From Phallusia mammillata (taxonomy: Eukaryota), in assembly GCA_965637545.1 (NCBI GenBank), contig OZ281496.1:4712001-4776000 (forward strand): a stretch of 64,000 nt of DNA, written 5' to 3'. Each line of letters starts with the position of its first letter. Position 1 is the stretch's first letter. The notes beneath the pieces are model-generated. The model was not told the origin of the DNA and searched no databases. It was given only the letters and a program-made list of their open reading frames with translations. This document shows positions 49,912-63,576 of the stretch, one piece after another. The position numbers were made by a program, and so were the translations under genes.

Positions 49912-51341
49912 TGTTGTATTCAACAACTTCTTCGATGAATCAAATCAGACAAGAATGTTTAGATTTTAAACAATTTGCTAGAAACTCACTCATGTAAACT
50001 ATAACACAATATAATTGTTTTTTTGAATAAATTTTGCATAGAAAACGTTTAAGTTTTGTTTTAGAACGATTCAAGCAAACCGGTAGGAAAAGTTCTGTTC
50101 GTTGTGTAACAAAGTCCGCTGAAAAGTGAAAGAATGAATTTACTGCGCAATATGTATTGTTTCCCTAATACTTACGTTTACACAAAGTGACTTGTCATGT
50201 CACTAATGATCAAACAGTCATATGTAGAATAAAAAAGGTGTTCAATTCTCAGGTAACATTTAAACACAATTAGAAATGGTTTGAAAGTTTTTTTCATCTT
50301 TGGCAACAAGTCACATGTTTAATTATATATGTCGTCTTCGTTTATCCAACTTCGAACACATTCACCCACTGTGTACAAAGGGTGTCATATTTAAATAATA
50401 TACTTGCTTTAGTATTGCAAATGATTTGATTGTTAACTTCTAAACCTTGTTAAATATCTAAACCCCATGTTCATAACACTTAACACATTGTTCTATACTG
50501 GTCTTGTGCAAAAATGTTCATGATGTCGCAACTTATTTATTGTTTTACACAACTTCGGAAATAGAGTTTTTGAAGGAACTTTAGAAACTTGAAAGGCCAG
50601 CAATTATACAGGCAAAAGTCCGTGCCCTTCAAGTACGTCTTTATACATGTAATAGCTTTCAACATTAGCAATATGAAATTTCGTAGCCATCTCATATAAC
50701 TTCTCAGTTTATCCTGAACTTTTAAAACGCACTTTTATTTTTTACCTGGTCTCTGTAGAACTGATAATTTGCACATATAGAAGTGTAGACAAGTGCTGTA
50801 GAGGATTTAACCACGAGAAACATGCAGACGCATAAGAAACAAAATCAAAACATTGGCCACGTCATGTCACACTTTGACGCGCAACTTCCAGGATATGACG
50901 AAAAAACCTTCTCAAAATGAAGTGTATATATGGTATCGTACTTCCAACAGGCGCTCTTGTCAGATAAGCTGTACATTTTGCATGGTTTTTAGCTTGATAA
51001 TTTTGCGATTTTTAATTCAGACAATTAGTTCAAAAGCCACGCATCAATATATTAATAGCTACTAGAAACATTTATTGATGGAATATTTTATAGATACATG
51101 CATGATATCTAAACAACATACAGTTCTTCGTCCAATGAGAGTTTAATCTTTACATCCCCTAGCCACATTTATGACAGAAGCTTTTCCAAATAGTGAGAGA
51201 AGCTTTTTTAAATAGTAATAAGGTTAATACAATAAGGTGTATTACAAGTTCATCCATCTGCATTGGAAAGGGCCAACAATATTCTAAACCTATGGCAAAT
51301 AAACGCAAAAGCATAGTTTTTAATGTACATTTAGGCAAGCA

Positions 51342-51900
51342 TTAGTTGCTACGAGGCTGATTTCGTTCTGGTTGCAGCTGATTATCCGGGTTTCGACCCT
51401 CATCGCCATCTATTTGTGATGGTTCTTCTGCTGGGGTTCCATTAGGGTCGAAGTTGTCAAATGCAATTCGGGCTGAAATGATTGTTTGGTAACATCAAAA
51501 ATAGTGTCCAACGACGACAGCAATAGTTTTTCAACATAATCTACTTACATTGGTTTACAGGAAGCGGTGGTGGAGATGGAATGTTTGAATTAAATTCCCT
51601 CATCTTAATCTTGTTGAAAATCTGTACAGAATAATTTGAGCTTGACTTCGTGTCATAGATTTGTGACAGTTTTTAGTCAGTTTGTTTGCTCCTGCTAAAT
51701 GTTAAAATTATTAACTGAGATTCAAAAACACCGTTCAAACAAAGTTAATAGAATAGAGAATATTGAAGTTATGCGGTCTTCATCTATGATTAAAAATTGC
51801 TTTAAATTTTTTTTGTACATTTTTATATTTTTACTAAATACTGTTTTTTAATTATTATTCCTACTTGGTTTGCTGGCTGAAATGGTGGACAAGGCAGAAC
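51342..51900 (-). CDS. Micro-exon family module E (3 exons; own start exon not found)
   Basis: Exons 51865-51900, 51549-51621, 51342-51472: VLPCPPFQPANQ | IFNKIKMREFNSNIPSPPPLPVNQ | SRIAFDNFDPNGTPAEEPSQIDGDEGRNPDNQLQPERNQPRSN*. Confidence 0.7.
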
Positions 51901-52701
51901 CTATAAAACAAAAAAGCAACAAAATTTCAAAAGAGTAGGTATATTACAATGACGTCCATCAGCCATAATTTACAGCTTTCTGAAAGCCCCTAAAAAGGAT
52001 TCAGGGCACCTATAATCCTGTTCAACATAGGTGCATACATTGTAGGTATTTGCTGATTTGTTTAACAATCGGGCACCAATTTTAGACCCACATCAAATCT
52101 TTTTCTATAATCCAAACTAAAACCCGAAAATAATCAAGGTATACAACGATTAAATTAATGTGCCGTTGTTGCAATTACATAAATGATTTTGGAAGTCGAG
52201 ATGGCAAAAAGATAATAGAGTTAATACAATTATAGCAAACAAATCAATACATGAAAAGTAACTCTGCTAAAACTAATAATATAGAAACTTTTAATATACA
52301 GGATTGCTAAGTTCCGGTATGTGGCACACTCAAACATGTTAAAAGCAGTTTGTGTAAAAAGTGCTGAGAGTTAAGATCACTCGGTTTAGTCTATGGTTCC
52401 ATAATAATAATAACAATAAAATCAAGTCAAAACTCAGTTTTTTATTAAATTTAGTCCCCAAATCTATTCTAGTCTTACTGTAAATTTAAATAACCGCGCT
52501 CTTTACGTCATTTGTCGGTATTTGTTAGTAGCTTTGAAATGAGCTTTTGGATTTTCTACCTATTTTTCTGTAATTTTAACGCAGTCCCCTTAGAAAAGTG
52601 GCCAGCTTCTTCGGACAGCGCAACAGGTCACCTCTGCAATCTCCGTAATTACTGCAACGTACGTAACCAGAACACCGACAGACACCATCAAATGAAATGC
52701 T

Positions 52702-53330
52702 TTAAATCGGCGGTGTATGTTGTGTATCTTTTGGGATTTGATCCTCATTGCCATCCGATTGCTCCGGTGGGTCTGGGATTCCGTTTGGGTCAAATTTGTC
52801 AAATGCTATTCGATCTGATAAAAGTGACCCATTACATACACAAATTTTTGCAATGTCTATCGTTTTTTAACCTTGGTTTGGTGGTGGTCGGTGAAAGGTA
52901 ATGTCACATTCTTCGCATGTAATCTTGTTAGAAACCTGAAAAATAAAAAGTTAAGTTGTTTCTTCAATGACAACAGTGTGTTGTGTATTTAGCGAAAAAT
53001 AAAAACAAAAATACGTCACCTAATAAATACCCCTCATCTTCAGTGGTTGGAACAATATTTTGGAAGCATTTTTAATGCAAACTATAAAACTATTCATTTA
53101 CACATATAACTTTCGACAATATTTCTTTAGAAATCAAGTTATTACTGTCGGTACCATTTTGCAACTGCAGAATGTACTGCCGATATCGCCAAAATGTTGT
53201 TAATTATAACCTAATTCAATTAAATGGGAATTAAATTTTGCAAAACATTTGCACTCACCGGTATTTTGGTATTTTGCTGTTCATCCCACACCGAACTTTG
53301 TGGTTCTTTTTCCGACGTGTTGAATGACAT
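52702..53330 (-). CDS. Micro-exon family gene F, 82 aa
   Basis: Exons 53259-53330, 52872-52935, 52702-52814: MSFNTSEKEPQSSVWDEQQNTKIP | VSNKITCEECDITFHRPPPNQ | DRIAFDKFDPNGIPDPPEQSDGNEDQIPKDTQHTPPI*. Confidence 0.7.
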
Positions 53331-54704
53331 TTTCTTATTTGCTTAAGTAATTAATTGTACTTTATTTTAGTGTATCAATTAGCTGCAGACATACAGGAGG
53401 GCATAGCTCGCAATAAAGTAATGATAAAGCGAGGGGACGCATTAACAGGACTGTAATCAAATTCCATTTATGCTGCCGCTATTGGTTTAATTATAGATTC
53501 ATAATTTTTGTAAAATCAACACGGCCTTTGTAATGAGGGTATGACATAAAAAGAACTTTATTATTAAAAACGACTCAAGCTATGGGGTGACAACTTATTC
53601 AAATCATTGTTCAGCAAATTCTAAAACTGCTTTTAATAAGTTTGAAGCGTGCTTTTTGTTATATCCTAAAGAATTTTTTGACATTATTATAAAACTATGC
53701 AATTTTACTTTGCTGAACAAATCATCGATTAAATAGTTTATTGACTTATAATTTTGAATGATTCTGCCACACGCTTTAACAATTTATTTTACAAAGTTTG
53801 AGAAACAGATGCATTCATTTTGACCACTCAACAGCAAAATTATTGTACAGCCATCGCACACAACATAACTGTTGAATACACCACCTACAAAAAGCGATGG
53901 TACACACGAACATTAATGAATTCACACTGCTTACTAGAAGTCGTAGTAAATGACCTCAACAAAAGAAATGAATATATCTAAACTAAATAGTTCAAAGTAT
54001 ATCATTGCCATTCGAACCAACCTTCACAACTTAATTAATGTGCATATTTACACAAATTAATAAAACCTTTCTGAAAAGTTAACCGTACATAGATCCTTAG
54101 AATTCATATAACTGCACATAAACTTGCACTATAAAGTTTGTCATAAAATATCTTCTTTTAAATAATTTCACTGCCATGTTGACTATACTTAATAACTTAC
54201 TAGATGATGATAAATGATAAATGATCTTAAGATAATAAATAAATATCCATCTAAACCAATAAGTTATAATCATTGCCATGCCGTCGCAACGTATAAATGT
54301 ACAAATTTACACAATTTAGCATTACCTTCTTTGAAGCAAAGCTTCACAGATCTTAAGTATTCATTAAGCTGCACATATACTTGCACCATAAAGTTTTTCA
54401 CAAAGTTTCTCTAAGAAACAATAACTGTACATACTCACTTCAACAGAAACGTCAAAGCATTGAATACGTCATGTCACACTTTTCTGACTAATTGGAAGTG
54501 ACATGTCATAATCGTGAAAAGGAAGGGAGTGAGTGCAAGAAGTTTTACCCAATGTCCGAGAAAAGACACGAATAGAGAAAATCTTTCACTTATGAAATCA
54601 AAAAGGTAGTTGTTTGCCTGAGTCATAGTAAACCGGGCATATGAAAAGCGTCATATCGAATCAGTCGAAGTATTACAACATATGCGAGACGTAGTCTTAA
54701 AAAA

Positions 54705-54845
54705 CAAGCCTGCAGTGGGATTTGAACCCACGATACGTGCCTTTACGGGACTTGCGCTCTACCAACAACTGATCTCAATTGCTGATTGGGTATGAATTTT
54801 TACTGGCCTTGCTTACTAAGATTTATATATGAGTGTACCGTGTCG
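54705..54845. repeat. Degenerate copy of the tRNA-head repeat family
   Basis: GTGGGATTTGAACCCACGA..GGGACTTGCGCTCTACCAAC followed by GATTTATATATGAGTGT. Confidence 0.65.
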
Positions 54846-55689
54846 TAACAAAATGTAAATTAAAATAAATGATATAGAGACTCGAGTCGGTGACTGGACT
54901 CCAATGCAACTTGATTCGTTTCTTTTACTGACTTGACGTAACTTAAGTCTCAGCTGTGAAAAGACCCGGACTCGTTGCACTAGAAGGAAATTTCCTAACA
55001 TAAAACCTGTTCAGTTGGTTTAAACCAAACAACAACCACACTTAACGAAATCGCCATTGTCAAGGCAAGTTTGCATTTTTGGGTTAACAAACGATCTTGC
55101 GCATGCGGTAAAAATGTGAATTTTGGATTTTTGAAAAATTTCTAAGGGTTGACGTTGTTGTCTCTTAATAGATGAATCGCATTTCTAGCACCGTACGTTG
55201 CTCCTTTGGCTGCACACCAAACGGTATAGCAGGGAGAAACATAATCAACTTAATAACTGTAGATTCGCATTTAATTACAAATAAAAAGTTTTCACAAATG
55301 TATCTCACAACATTTTACATGCATTAAACATTTTTTGGAATGAGTTACGGTTGAAACGGGGTGTGCTTTTCGTGTAGATTTGTGGATTGATTTTTAATAA
55401 ATAAGGCCTGACTTTATAATTGGTCATTTTTTGATGTGGGTAGTAACAATGCAATAGAGATATATTAGGTTTCAAATTTAACAAGGCATTCAATGGGAGA
55501 TAGTTTATTTAAAAAAGAACAGCAAATACTGAAATATTATGCTTTTTTTACCGAATATTTTGAGGATTCAAGTTCAAGCTTCATGTTTCAATTTCAGTAA
55601 TAAAACCAAAACGGTTTAAAGTTTAACAAAATAATTAAACACAGGTTCCATAATACAGTCGAACCACATGAGTTATGTGTTACGCGCTA

Positions 55690-56975
55690 AATCCAGTTGT
55701 ATAAAGCGGCATCGTTACCGCATAGGCGCCGCAAGTGTATTGATCCGGTTTGAATCACCTGCATTGTGTTACGAGGTTTGTGATGGTTTGCGCTGGCAAT
55801 CTCTAAGTAGGCCGCAGTGTGTTCGGGGTATATGAGGAAACAAGAGATATACAAAGCATTTTAGCTGAGATGTAGCATTATGATACTGGTATAGCTGAAA
55901 CGGTTTAAACAAAGCTTTTGCAACACTTGACTCAGCAATTCAGTCACTGACCGATTGATTCAACTGTAAGAACTGGTATTGGACAAAGTTTGCTAAATAC
56001 CGATAGATGGCACAAAGAGCATTTGTAAATTGTCAAGGAAGATTGTATGAAAACGCTGACGGTTTATGCGATTACAGTTGAGGTGAGGTTTTATACTGAA
56101 AATAATTTTAACCTGCAAACTTAGTTCTCGTGTTAAATTTAGCCCCTAACTCTATCCCAGACGATCTGTAGTTAAATAATTGTGCTCTTTACGCCATCTA
56201 TCGGAACTTAAGAAACTTTATCTGTCGCAAGTTTATTAGTAGCTCTACCCTCGTATACACCCTTGTATAGCAAACAATTTAAAGGTGTAAGTAAAAGAGG
56301 GGGTGGCCAGTCGTGGGGAGCCCTGCAAGCTAACCAACCGTGTTAGGTAAGGGGTGGGGCTTTGATCTTTCTCATTTCAATTTTAAACTTGGGCTCCAAA
56401 GGACTTGTGAGTTTTTTTGTGTAATGACCAGGGAAAAAATGCTGTCTTGCCAAATAACATTAAAAATCGTGCAAACTGCTGTAAACACTAAAACGTGTTC
56501 TGTAAAGCTTACTATTAAACCTTTACTATGAGTTTCAGTACATATAGATGGTTAAAATCTTAAATGGTACACTTTATATCAGACTGTTACTCCCAACAAA
56601 CTCGAGTGGCGTTACAAAAAAACAGCAGCTGCAATGACGGGACTTGTGGATTAAAACAATGGGCACTGTCTGCAGCTTGCTTCCGCGGAGTTTGAAAAAA
56701 GAACGACGACTCACGTGAACAACGTAATACGCGTTTTAACCCAGTTAGATGTAGCGGCATCGATACAGGGTAAGCGTCGCAACTGTATTGATCCGGTTTG
56801 AATCACCTGCGTTGTGTTGCGGGGCTTGCGGTGTGTACGACTGTTTATTAGACCACAGTGTGGTATAATGTCGAAAAGGAAATTGGCGCATACGAAGAGT
56901 TGCAGCTGAGAGGTAGCATTATAAGACTTGTATTGCTAAAATGATTTAGGCAAAGTTGTTGCCACACTTGACTAA
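55690..56975. repeat. Dispersed duplication of about 240 bp (about 55690-55935 vs about 56740-56975)
   Basis: Identical core TGTATTGATCCGGTTTGAATCACCTGC plus shared AGCGGCATCG, AGCTGAGA.GTAGCATTAT and ACACTTGACT. Confidence 0.8.
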
Positions 56976-57167
56976 ACAAGTTCAAATAAAACATGTTTAA
57001 ATATAGAAAAGCAAAAATATGCGTACGTAGTATATGTGCAAATATATATAGTTGTAGGTTATATTGGTAGTAGTAACTTAGTATGTTTAATGATTTATAT
57101 GTATTGTATATTAGCAGGTATAGTTGATGTATCAAACAGTTGTCTTTTGTCAAACAAAACGTCCAAA

Positions 57168-60100
57168 ATGTCAATTTTGCTGGTAAAGTTTGCTCTTTTC
57201 GTGAGCCTAATGACTTTATTGCATCGAGGTAAGTAAGTTTTGGCAACTATAGCAATAAAACATAGCCATTCAAAAAAAATTGTACTCGCGGCATATAAAT
57301 TTACAAACTAAATATTGCAATTTATCAAATAAAACCATTGAACAATGTGTAAGTTTATTTCTAATGGTAAATCTCATGTTCAGTGTCGGACGGTCAGTGT
57401 CACGAAGCGGAAATAACTACAAGTTCGCTAGGAGTGAACATTTTACCTCAATGTACCACATATACTCGACGTGTCATCCACTCACTGGGGGCCACAAGAA
57501 TGATTACTTATTTTGGAAGTGGAGAGCTAGCTGCAGACAACTTTTGTAAGGTAAAGTCTTATGAGTATAACCTTTAACTTCGGTACACAAAATGCTGTTG
57601 GTGCATTTCTTTTTAAACTGTAGGGCGGACAGTTTGCACACTTTCGATCTTTCTACATCTTATTGCAAGCCGTTGATTATTATTTTTCGATGTTTTAACC
57701 AGAAAAAAACAGTTTGTATGACACACGTGCGCATATAACACATTTATCTCAACTAGACGATTAAAGTAACGAACCAAAATCACTTCTTTTTAAATACTTT
57801 AACTCGATTTCTGGCTTGTTTCATATTGCCTGCTTGAAAAAAAAATTGTCGTAGACTTGATTTGGAGTTTTAATTGAAACAAAGTGGTTTTCGGAAAACG
57901 TTCGAAATTTGGTTTTGAACAAAACAGGCTGAAATTAGCCTTGACTTTTTACTCGGCCACATTTCTGTCGTATTTGTTTGACTTGGTTTAAACTGACGTG
58001 TTTTACACAATAGTTCGTTCAAGCTCGGTAAGAAGTCTTAACGAAACAAATTGTCATGAATGTGTAAATTTTAACCTTTAGCCTCATTGTGTTTAACCTA
58101 GATTTACGAGGGACCCAACGAGGAAGGTACATTGGCTGGATCGTTGGAAGGTGGAGGTTTATCTTTTCCGTTTTTTATTGAAAGCTCTACTGTTTATATA
58201 GCTTGTGTCACAAACCTCACAACGGGAACAGTAAAAATCGTATTGCACGCTGGTAAGTCAAATTTAACACGTTTTCCAAAAAGGTTTCATTTTGTGCAAT
58301 TCTGAAAAGTCACTTCGTGAACTTGGCCATCCTCTTAAGTTTATGAATTCGGAGTCAAGAGAATATGTTTATTGTGTGTTATTTTAAGGTTAATACAGGC
58401 AAAGACTTTCATTCTGTTAAGTCGCATCAGTGAAACGGGTGAACATTAAGGGTAGAGGTTTGCGCAGCCAGGCCAAACAAGTCTCATGTTTTTTGAGTAA
58501 CAGTTTAAATACATGTGGTTAAGTAACTAAGTAACTGTTCAGGATTCACAGTTGTTTTTATCGGCTGTAATGTGTGCAGTTGAACTATCAAACAACTTAC
58601 GCTTATTGTGCATCAGCACGAAAGCTCCTATGGAGTTTTACATTACTGTTTTCTATGTATTTTAGCTACTTTGTGCGGAGAAGATGCTACCGGCCCGGTT
58701 TATAACTTACAGTCTCCAAACTTTCCGAGTAACTACCCAGCTACGTCTGGTTGTGTTTGGAGATTTCGCATGGAAAGCAGCACGTCCTTGGTGTTTCAAT
58801 TCTCCACTTTTACCATCGAAAATAACTTTGACCTTTTATACGTAAGTGAGTGGTTATTTCTTTTTAAATTACATTGCAGAACCAAAACGGACCGAACCAG
58901 GTTTTAATCAAGCCTCAGTTTGTTCCGAGTTTGGATTTTTTTTCAAACATGTTTTATTGACACAAAAGCCGAACCTGTTTTGAAATGCCTGGCTCCAAAC
59001 AAAACTTTTATCACAACTAAGATGAACATAAATTCATAACTGGGATCAGCCCTGAAGCGTCTATGCAGACCAGCCATCACGACACACTCATATATAAATC
59101 ACAGTACGCCAGGCCCATTGAAGGCGCTATACCGAATCAGCCGGTCACCAAGCATTCACCACCATATGGCAAGGCGGTGGGATTCGAACCCACGACAGGA
59201 GTCTTTCCGGGACTCGCGCTCTACCAACTGAGCTAAACAGGCCCATTGGAAAATCCGCCGAAAGTCGAATCACAAGCACCGTTGCCTGCCTCGTATGCTG
59301 CACATGTCAGCTTCGTAGTAGGGGATCGCCAGATTGACCAGTATCAGTTAAGATGAACATAAATTCATAACTGGGATCAGCCCTGAAGCGTCTGTGCAGA
59401 CCAGCCATCACGGCACACTCATATATAAATCACAGTACGCCAGGCCAGGTGTGTGAAATGACGTCACAGGCGATAACAGGGAACTGGCGTTTAGAACGGT
59501 GACGTAGAAAAAAGATAAGAACCGAAGAAATAGGTCAGGTGTTGAACAGACGCAATGGCATGGAAACTGTGTCGATGTTGAGCTCGGAGTCATGCTTTTT
59601 GAATAGAAAGCGATTCGAGAAACAACAGTTTTACGCGGCCTTGGCTCGGCAAAATTAACTTTATGTGTGGGATTCGAAAAAATGTGCCGACACACTTCTG
59701 ATTTTTGGTCCATGCGATGTTCTTAGAGTCCTACAGCCAGATTTGGTCGCGTTTCCCCAATATATGAAGCGCCATAGTTGCAAACCAACCGGTAAACAAC
59801 GTTAGTTCTCTCGATATGTTCCTGGTGCTTTTTTATAGGAAAATACTGTGAAAGTTTGTTCGTTTCATGGATAAGACGCAAGCGGATGTTGGCCCTGGTT
59901 CGACAAATATAACGCTCCAATTTCCTATTGACTCTCACATCACAGATCGCCATTTTACCAACAGCATTTTTGTTTTGATTATCTAACTAAACCACTCAAA
60001 GAAATCCATTTTACCGTTGCCTAAAAATCTAGAAAAAAATTGTTATTCTTTCACTCGTAGATAGAGATTATTTTGAGTGCAATCACGTCCTGACTGTTGT

Positions 60101-63100
60101 TTATTTAGTATTTTTTCCCAATGGTTACTTAGCCGCTAACAAACTCTCCAGGCACTCGAAACCCAGTCAGAGCGATTATTACACCCAAATTTCTGTGAAA
60201 AGCAGTTTTATTCCATTGACCAACCCCAGACATGTTTTTGCGGCGTCATAACTTCCCTTTTTTCTCCCGCGCCTTATGCACCCCCGATTTAAACCAGAGT
60301 TTTTCCACTAGATCAATGGAGCGAAATTATTTTCAGTTTAAAGACGACCAAGGAAATGTAGAAAGATTGACTGGACATTATGGTGGAGGATTGAATCACA
60401 CAGTTACTGCGACAAATCTTACTCTTATCTTTATCAGCGACGTTTCCGGTACTCAGCAGGGATTTAATGCGACGGTCAACCTTCCCTCAGGTTAGTGCTA
60501 TTTGGTTTTAGAAAGCAAAAGACAAAAAACAAATCGGACAATGAATGTTTTAGGTACATTTTCAAAGGTTGATACTGATGGAAAAAAATTAAACTTTCCG
60601 AATTACCCGTAAAGTAAATGAGATTATATTAAATTGATTTGCACCATATCATGTTCATTATTTGTCATTTTGTCAATTCAGTGGCATCGAGCTGTAATTT
60701 TTTAGGTTGTGAAAAAGGGAAAACAAAACCCATTAGGTTCTTCTTGTAGAAAACTACAAAAATAGTTTTGAAACGCAAGTTTAGTGAAATGGGCTGAAGC
60801 AAAATTTTATCTATGCAATGCGGAAATGCAGATAATTTAATCAATCTTGTTATTTGGTTCAAAAACTTTATCTATCCAATGCAGCAAGGTGCCTGTTATT
60901 TAGTTCAAAAGGGGTAACCTAACTAAAAGTAATGTAATGTTTTTTGCAGGAACGGAACAATCAATGAGCGTGTGCCAGACTGAAAGTTTGACCATCCCGT
61001 AAGTTTTTTTTTTTTTTCTTTTTGATTGATGTAACATTAATAAACCTTAAGAGATTAGTAATGATTGGGTTACTTTAGATATTTGATTTTTGGCATAGTG
61101 TTTTTAGACATCGCACAAAAACTTCGATTGTACAAATAAAATATAAGCTTTAAAGGTATAAAGAAGGAAGAATTGGATTCAAAGTTTCCAACCAAATAGT
61201 TAAAAAACCAGTTACGTTACGCATTGAGCAAAACGCAAACGTATCAAGTATACTGTCACCGCTATAGTTGCTATTCGCAGGGTAACAGCTGATGAACAGA
61301 CCACATTAGACTATGAACTCGGTGACACACTCTACATCGCATTGGACAGGGAAACTCCCCTTTCTCTACTTAATGACAACTGCAAGGTCACGGGGGCAGA
61401 CCCGGTGTTTGTGTTTGACATTGGTCAGTGTGAAGGTGCCTACAAGGTAACATACGATTATTTTATATATTGACGCTGCATAAACTGATTAACAACGCTC
61501 AGGCAAATCATCGGTTACTTATTTAAACAATGAAAAAACATAGTTAGCAAAGATGAATGGTATTTGAATTTAACGCGCCAATAAAATAAAGGATTAACAT
61601 TGTTTGGTTTTGTAAACTTTTTTTGCGTTTGTACTGAGAATGATTACGTACATTTTTTGTAATAACAGAATGAGAACGATATGGTGTCAGTGTCGTTCCT
61701 GATCTGGAGATTCCTAGCTCCGTCTACTGCCGTGATCCAACGCGACGTGCAAAACAAGCTCAATGTGACTTGTCTATTTGAAGCCGATCAACTTCTCACG
61801 TCATCCAACGTCCAACCTCAAGCTGGGTAAGGCGACAACAAAGGCACATGCCATATGTTACTTGGCACACGACATCAGTTGGTAATTATTTCATTGTGCA
61901 ATGTTAGTTTTATCATCACTAGTACTGGCCAAACATTATGAAAAGTAACCAATAAAAACAAGAAAATGAAACTATAGTTCTAAATCCCTATAGAAATATG
62001 TTTAATTATCTTCGAAATAACAATGTGCAGATCCGTTGAAATTTCGGCCGAGAATACAGGAAACTTTGACGTCGCTCTAAATCTTTTTACAAACGAACAT
62101 TTCAACGAAAGCTTGTCTGGGGAAGTCACTGTGCCCAACTACATTTTTGCTGAAGTTAAACTTGAAGAAATTTCTCCAAGCAACGATGACTTTATTGTCC
62201 AGGTAAAAAGTAAAACAAACTTATTGAAGCAAAATGGATAACAAACTCACATGATACACTTGTGTTTTTAGTTAAACAGAATTGTGTTACCTGTAGTCAT
62301 TGTTTTGCTTTGTATGCAACATAGTTGAGATCTGACCCGAAATTCAAGCCCGAACCCGAATCGTTTTGAATAAGCCGGTTAAGGCCCAAAAGTTTGTTTG
62401 ACAGTCATATACATCAAAGCCTGCAAAAGTACAGAATATGTAATTACAATGGTTACGGTCATACAATGTGAAGTCAGGTCCGAATTAACCCAGTTGGTAA
62501 AAAATAACATCCGAATCGACCCAAAATGTCCGGTCCGTACTCTGGTGTGTAACTTGGTTTTGTATTTTAAACATAACTCCATCTTTAAGCCTTCCTTTAA
62601 ATAAAAATTTTGAAACCTATCTAAAACAAACCTTATTCCGTGATTTAATATTGAACACCCAAACAATATATAATATACTGTTCATATGAATTTGGTACAC
62701 TGTTTGTGCACAGCTTGAAGAATGTTGGGCGACACGAGTTGAAAACGCCAGTGGTTTGCCGAACTACCTTGTTGTAGCAAGCGGGTAAGCAGTAGTTGTG
62801 TTTGACATGCTCTTGCTTTTCGAACGGTGCATTCTATTTCAACTTTTTTTTTCACGGGGTTCGAACCCAGGACTCTCCCGGGGACGAATCCCGATCAGGT
62901 TTTTTATGTCTGTATATGGGTCAGGCGCGCCAGACCGTTCGGCCAAGTTCCTGCCCTATTTCAACTTGCTTACATTGATGTGAATATTATTAGATGCATT
63001 GCGCCACCCAGTGGAGGCGAGGCTGCCGATGCAAAGATGTTAATGCGGAATTACAAATCCAACTTTGCGACGTTCAAGCTGATGAGCTTTGTGTGGACAA

Positions 63101-63576
63101 ACTTTACCGACGCAGAACAATTTATCTACATCCACTGCGACGTGACCATCTGTCAAAACTCAACTGGACAATGTCCTGGACAGGTGAGTTGAGTTTGTTT
63201 GTTGTGTTATGCTCATAATAAGTACTTCGTCCAGCTGCTTACATCATTGCAAGTAAAGTGGATTATATTTGATTTACTTATTTGTCAATAAGTTTGCTTT
63301 AATTGAAATGAACATAGAAAAAAACAAGATGTTTGAGTTTTTTCAGATTACATTTAGCTGCTTTATTTATCCTTAATAATACTTATATACATCAAAAAAA
63401 ATTATAAATATTTTACTGATTTGCAGATGTGTGGTGGGAAAAAAAGACGATCTGTTGACAACAATGGACGCAGCCATCGAATTTCTGCAGGGCCAGTGCA
63501 CATCTTACAAACTACCAAGTATTTGCTTATGCAAGGTACCAACACAATAATTAAACTCTTCTACATATTAACTTAG
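57168..63576 (+). CDS. Secreted CUB-CUB-ZP domain protein (CUZD1-like architecture)
   Basis: Eleven phase-consistent exons: 57168-57228, 57384-57550, 58102-58252, 58666-58841, 60337-60490, 60950-60998, 61281-61446, 61669-61826, 62031-62202, 62714-62784, 62994-63183, plus a last exon from 63427 (to 63576 if unspliced). Signal peptide; CUB (SPNFPSNY..CVW..FISD); ZP (ECWAT, YIHCDVTIC); furin site KKRR and hydrophobic patch ISAGPVHIL. The 3' end is uncertain. Confidence 0.88.
59017..59445 (-). mobile_element. tRNA-derived (SINE-like) composite repeat with direct repeats of about 100 bp
   Basis: Pseudo-tRNA at 59168-59244 (A box TAGCTCAGTTGG, B box GGTTCGAATCC) between near-identical repeats at 59018-59114 and 59348-59445. 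Confidence 0.75.
59446..59955 (-). mobile_element. Penelope-like retroelement 3' remnant (GIY-YIG endonuclease)
   Basis: NVVYRLVCNYGASYIGET..*EH..H, then after a frameshift KLLFLESLSIQKHDSELNIDTVSMPLRLFNT* (stop 59535-59537), a typical PLE C-terminus. Confidence 0.85.

Noticed and set aside
50121-50132. IRF-type element GAAAAGTGAAAG upstream of gene D (similar at about 20457 and 26670)
   Set aside because: Expected by chance in AT-rich DNA and not positionally conserved across paralogues.
59168-59244. Functional tRNA gene (GGA anticodon)
   Set aside because: The acceptor stem cannot pair, position 33 is C, and degenerate copies are dispersed in the window.
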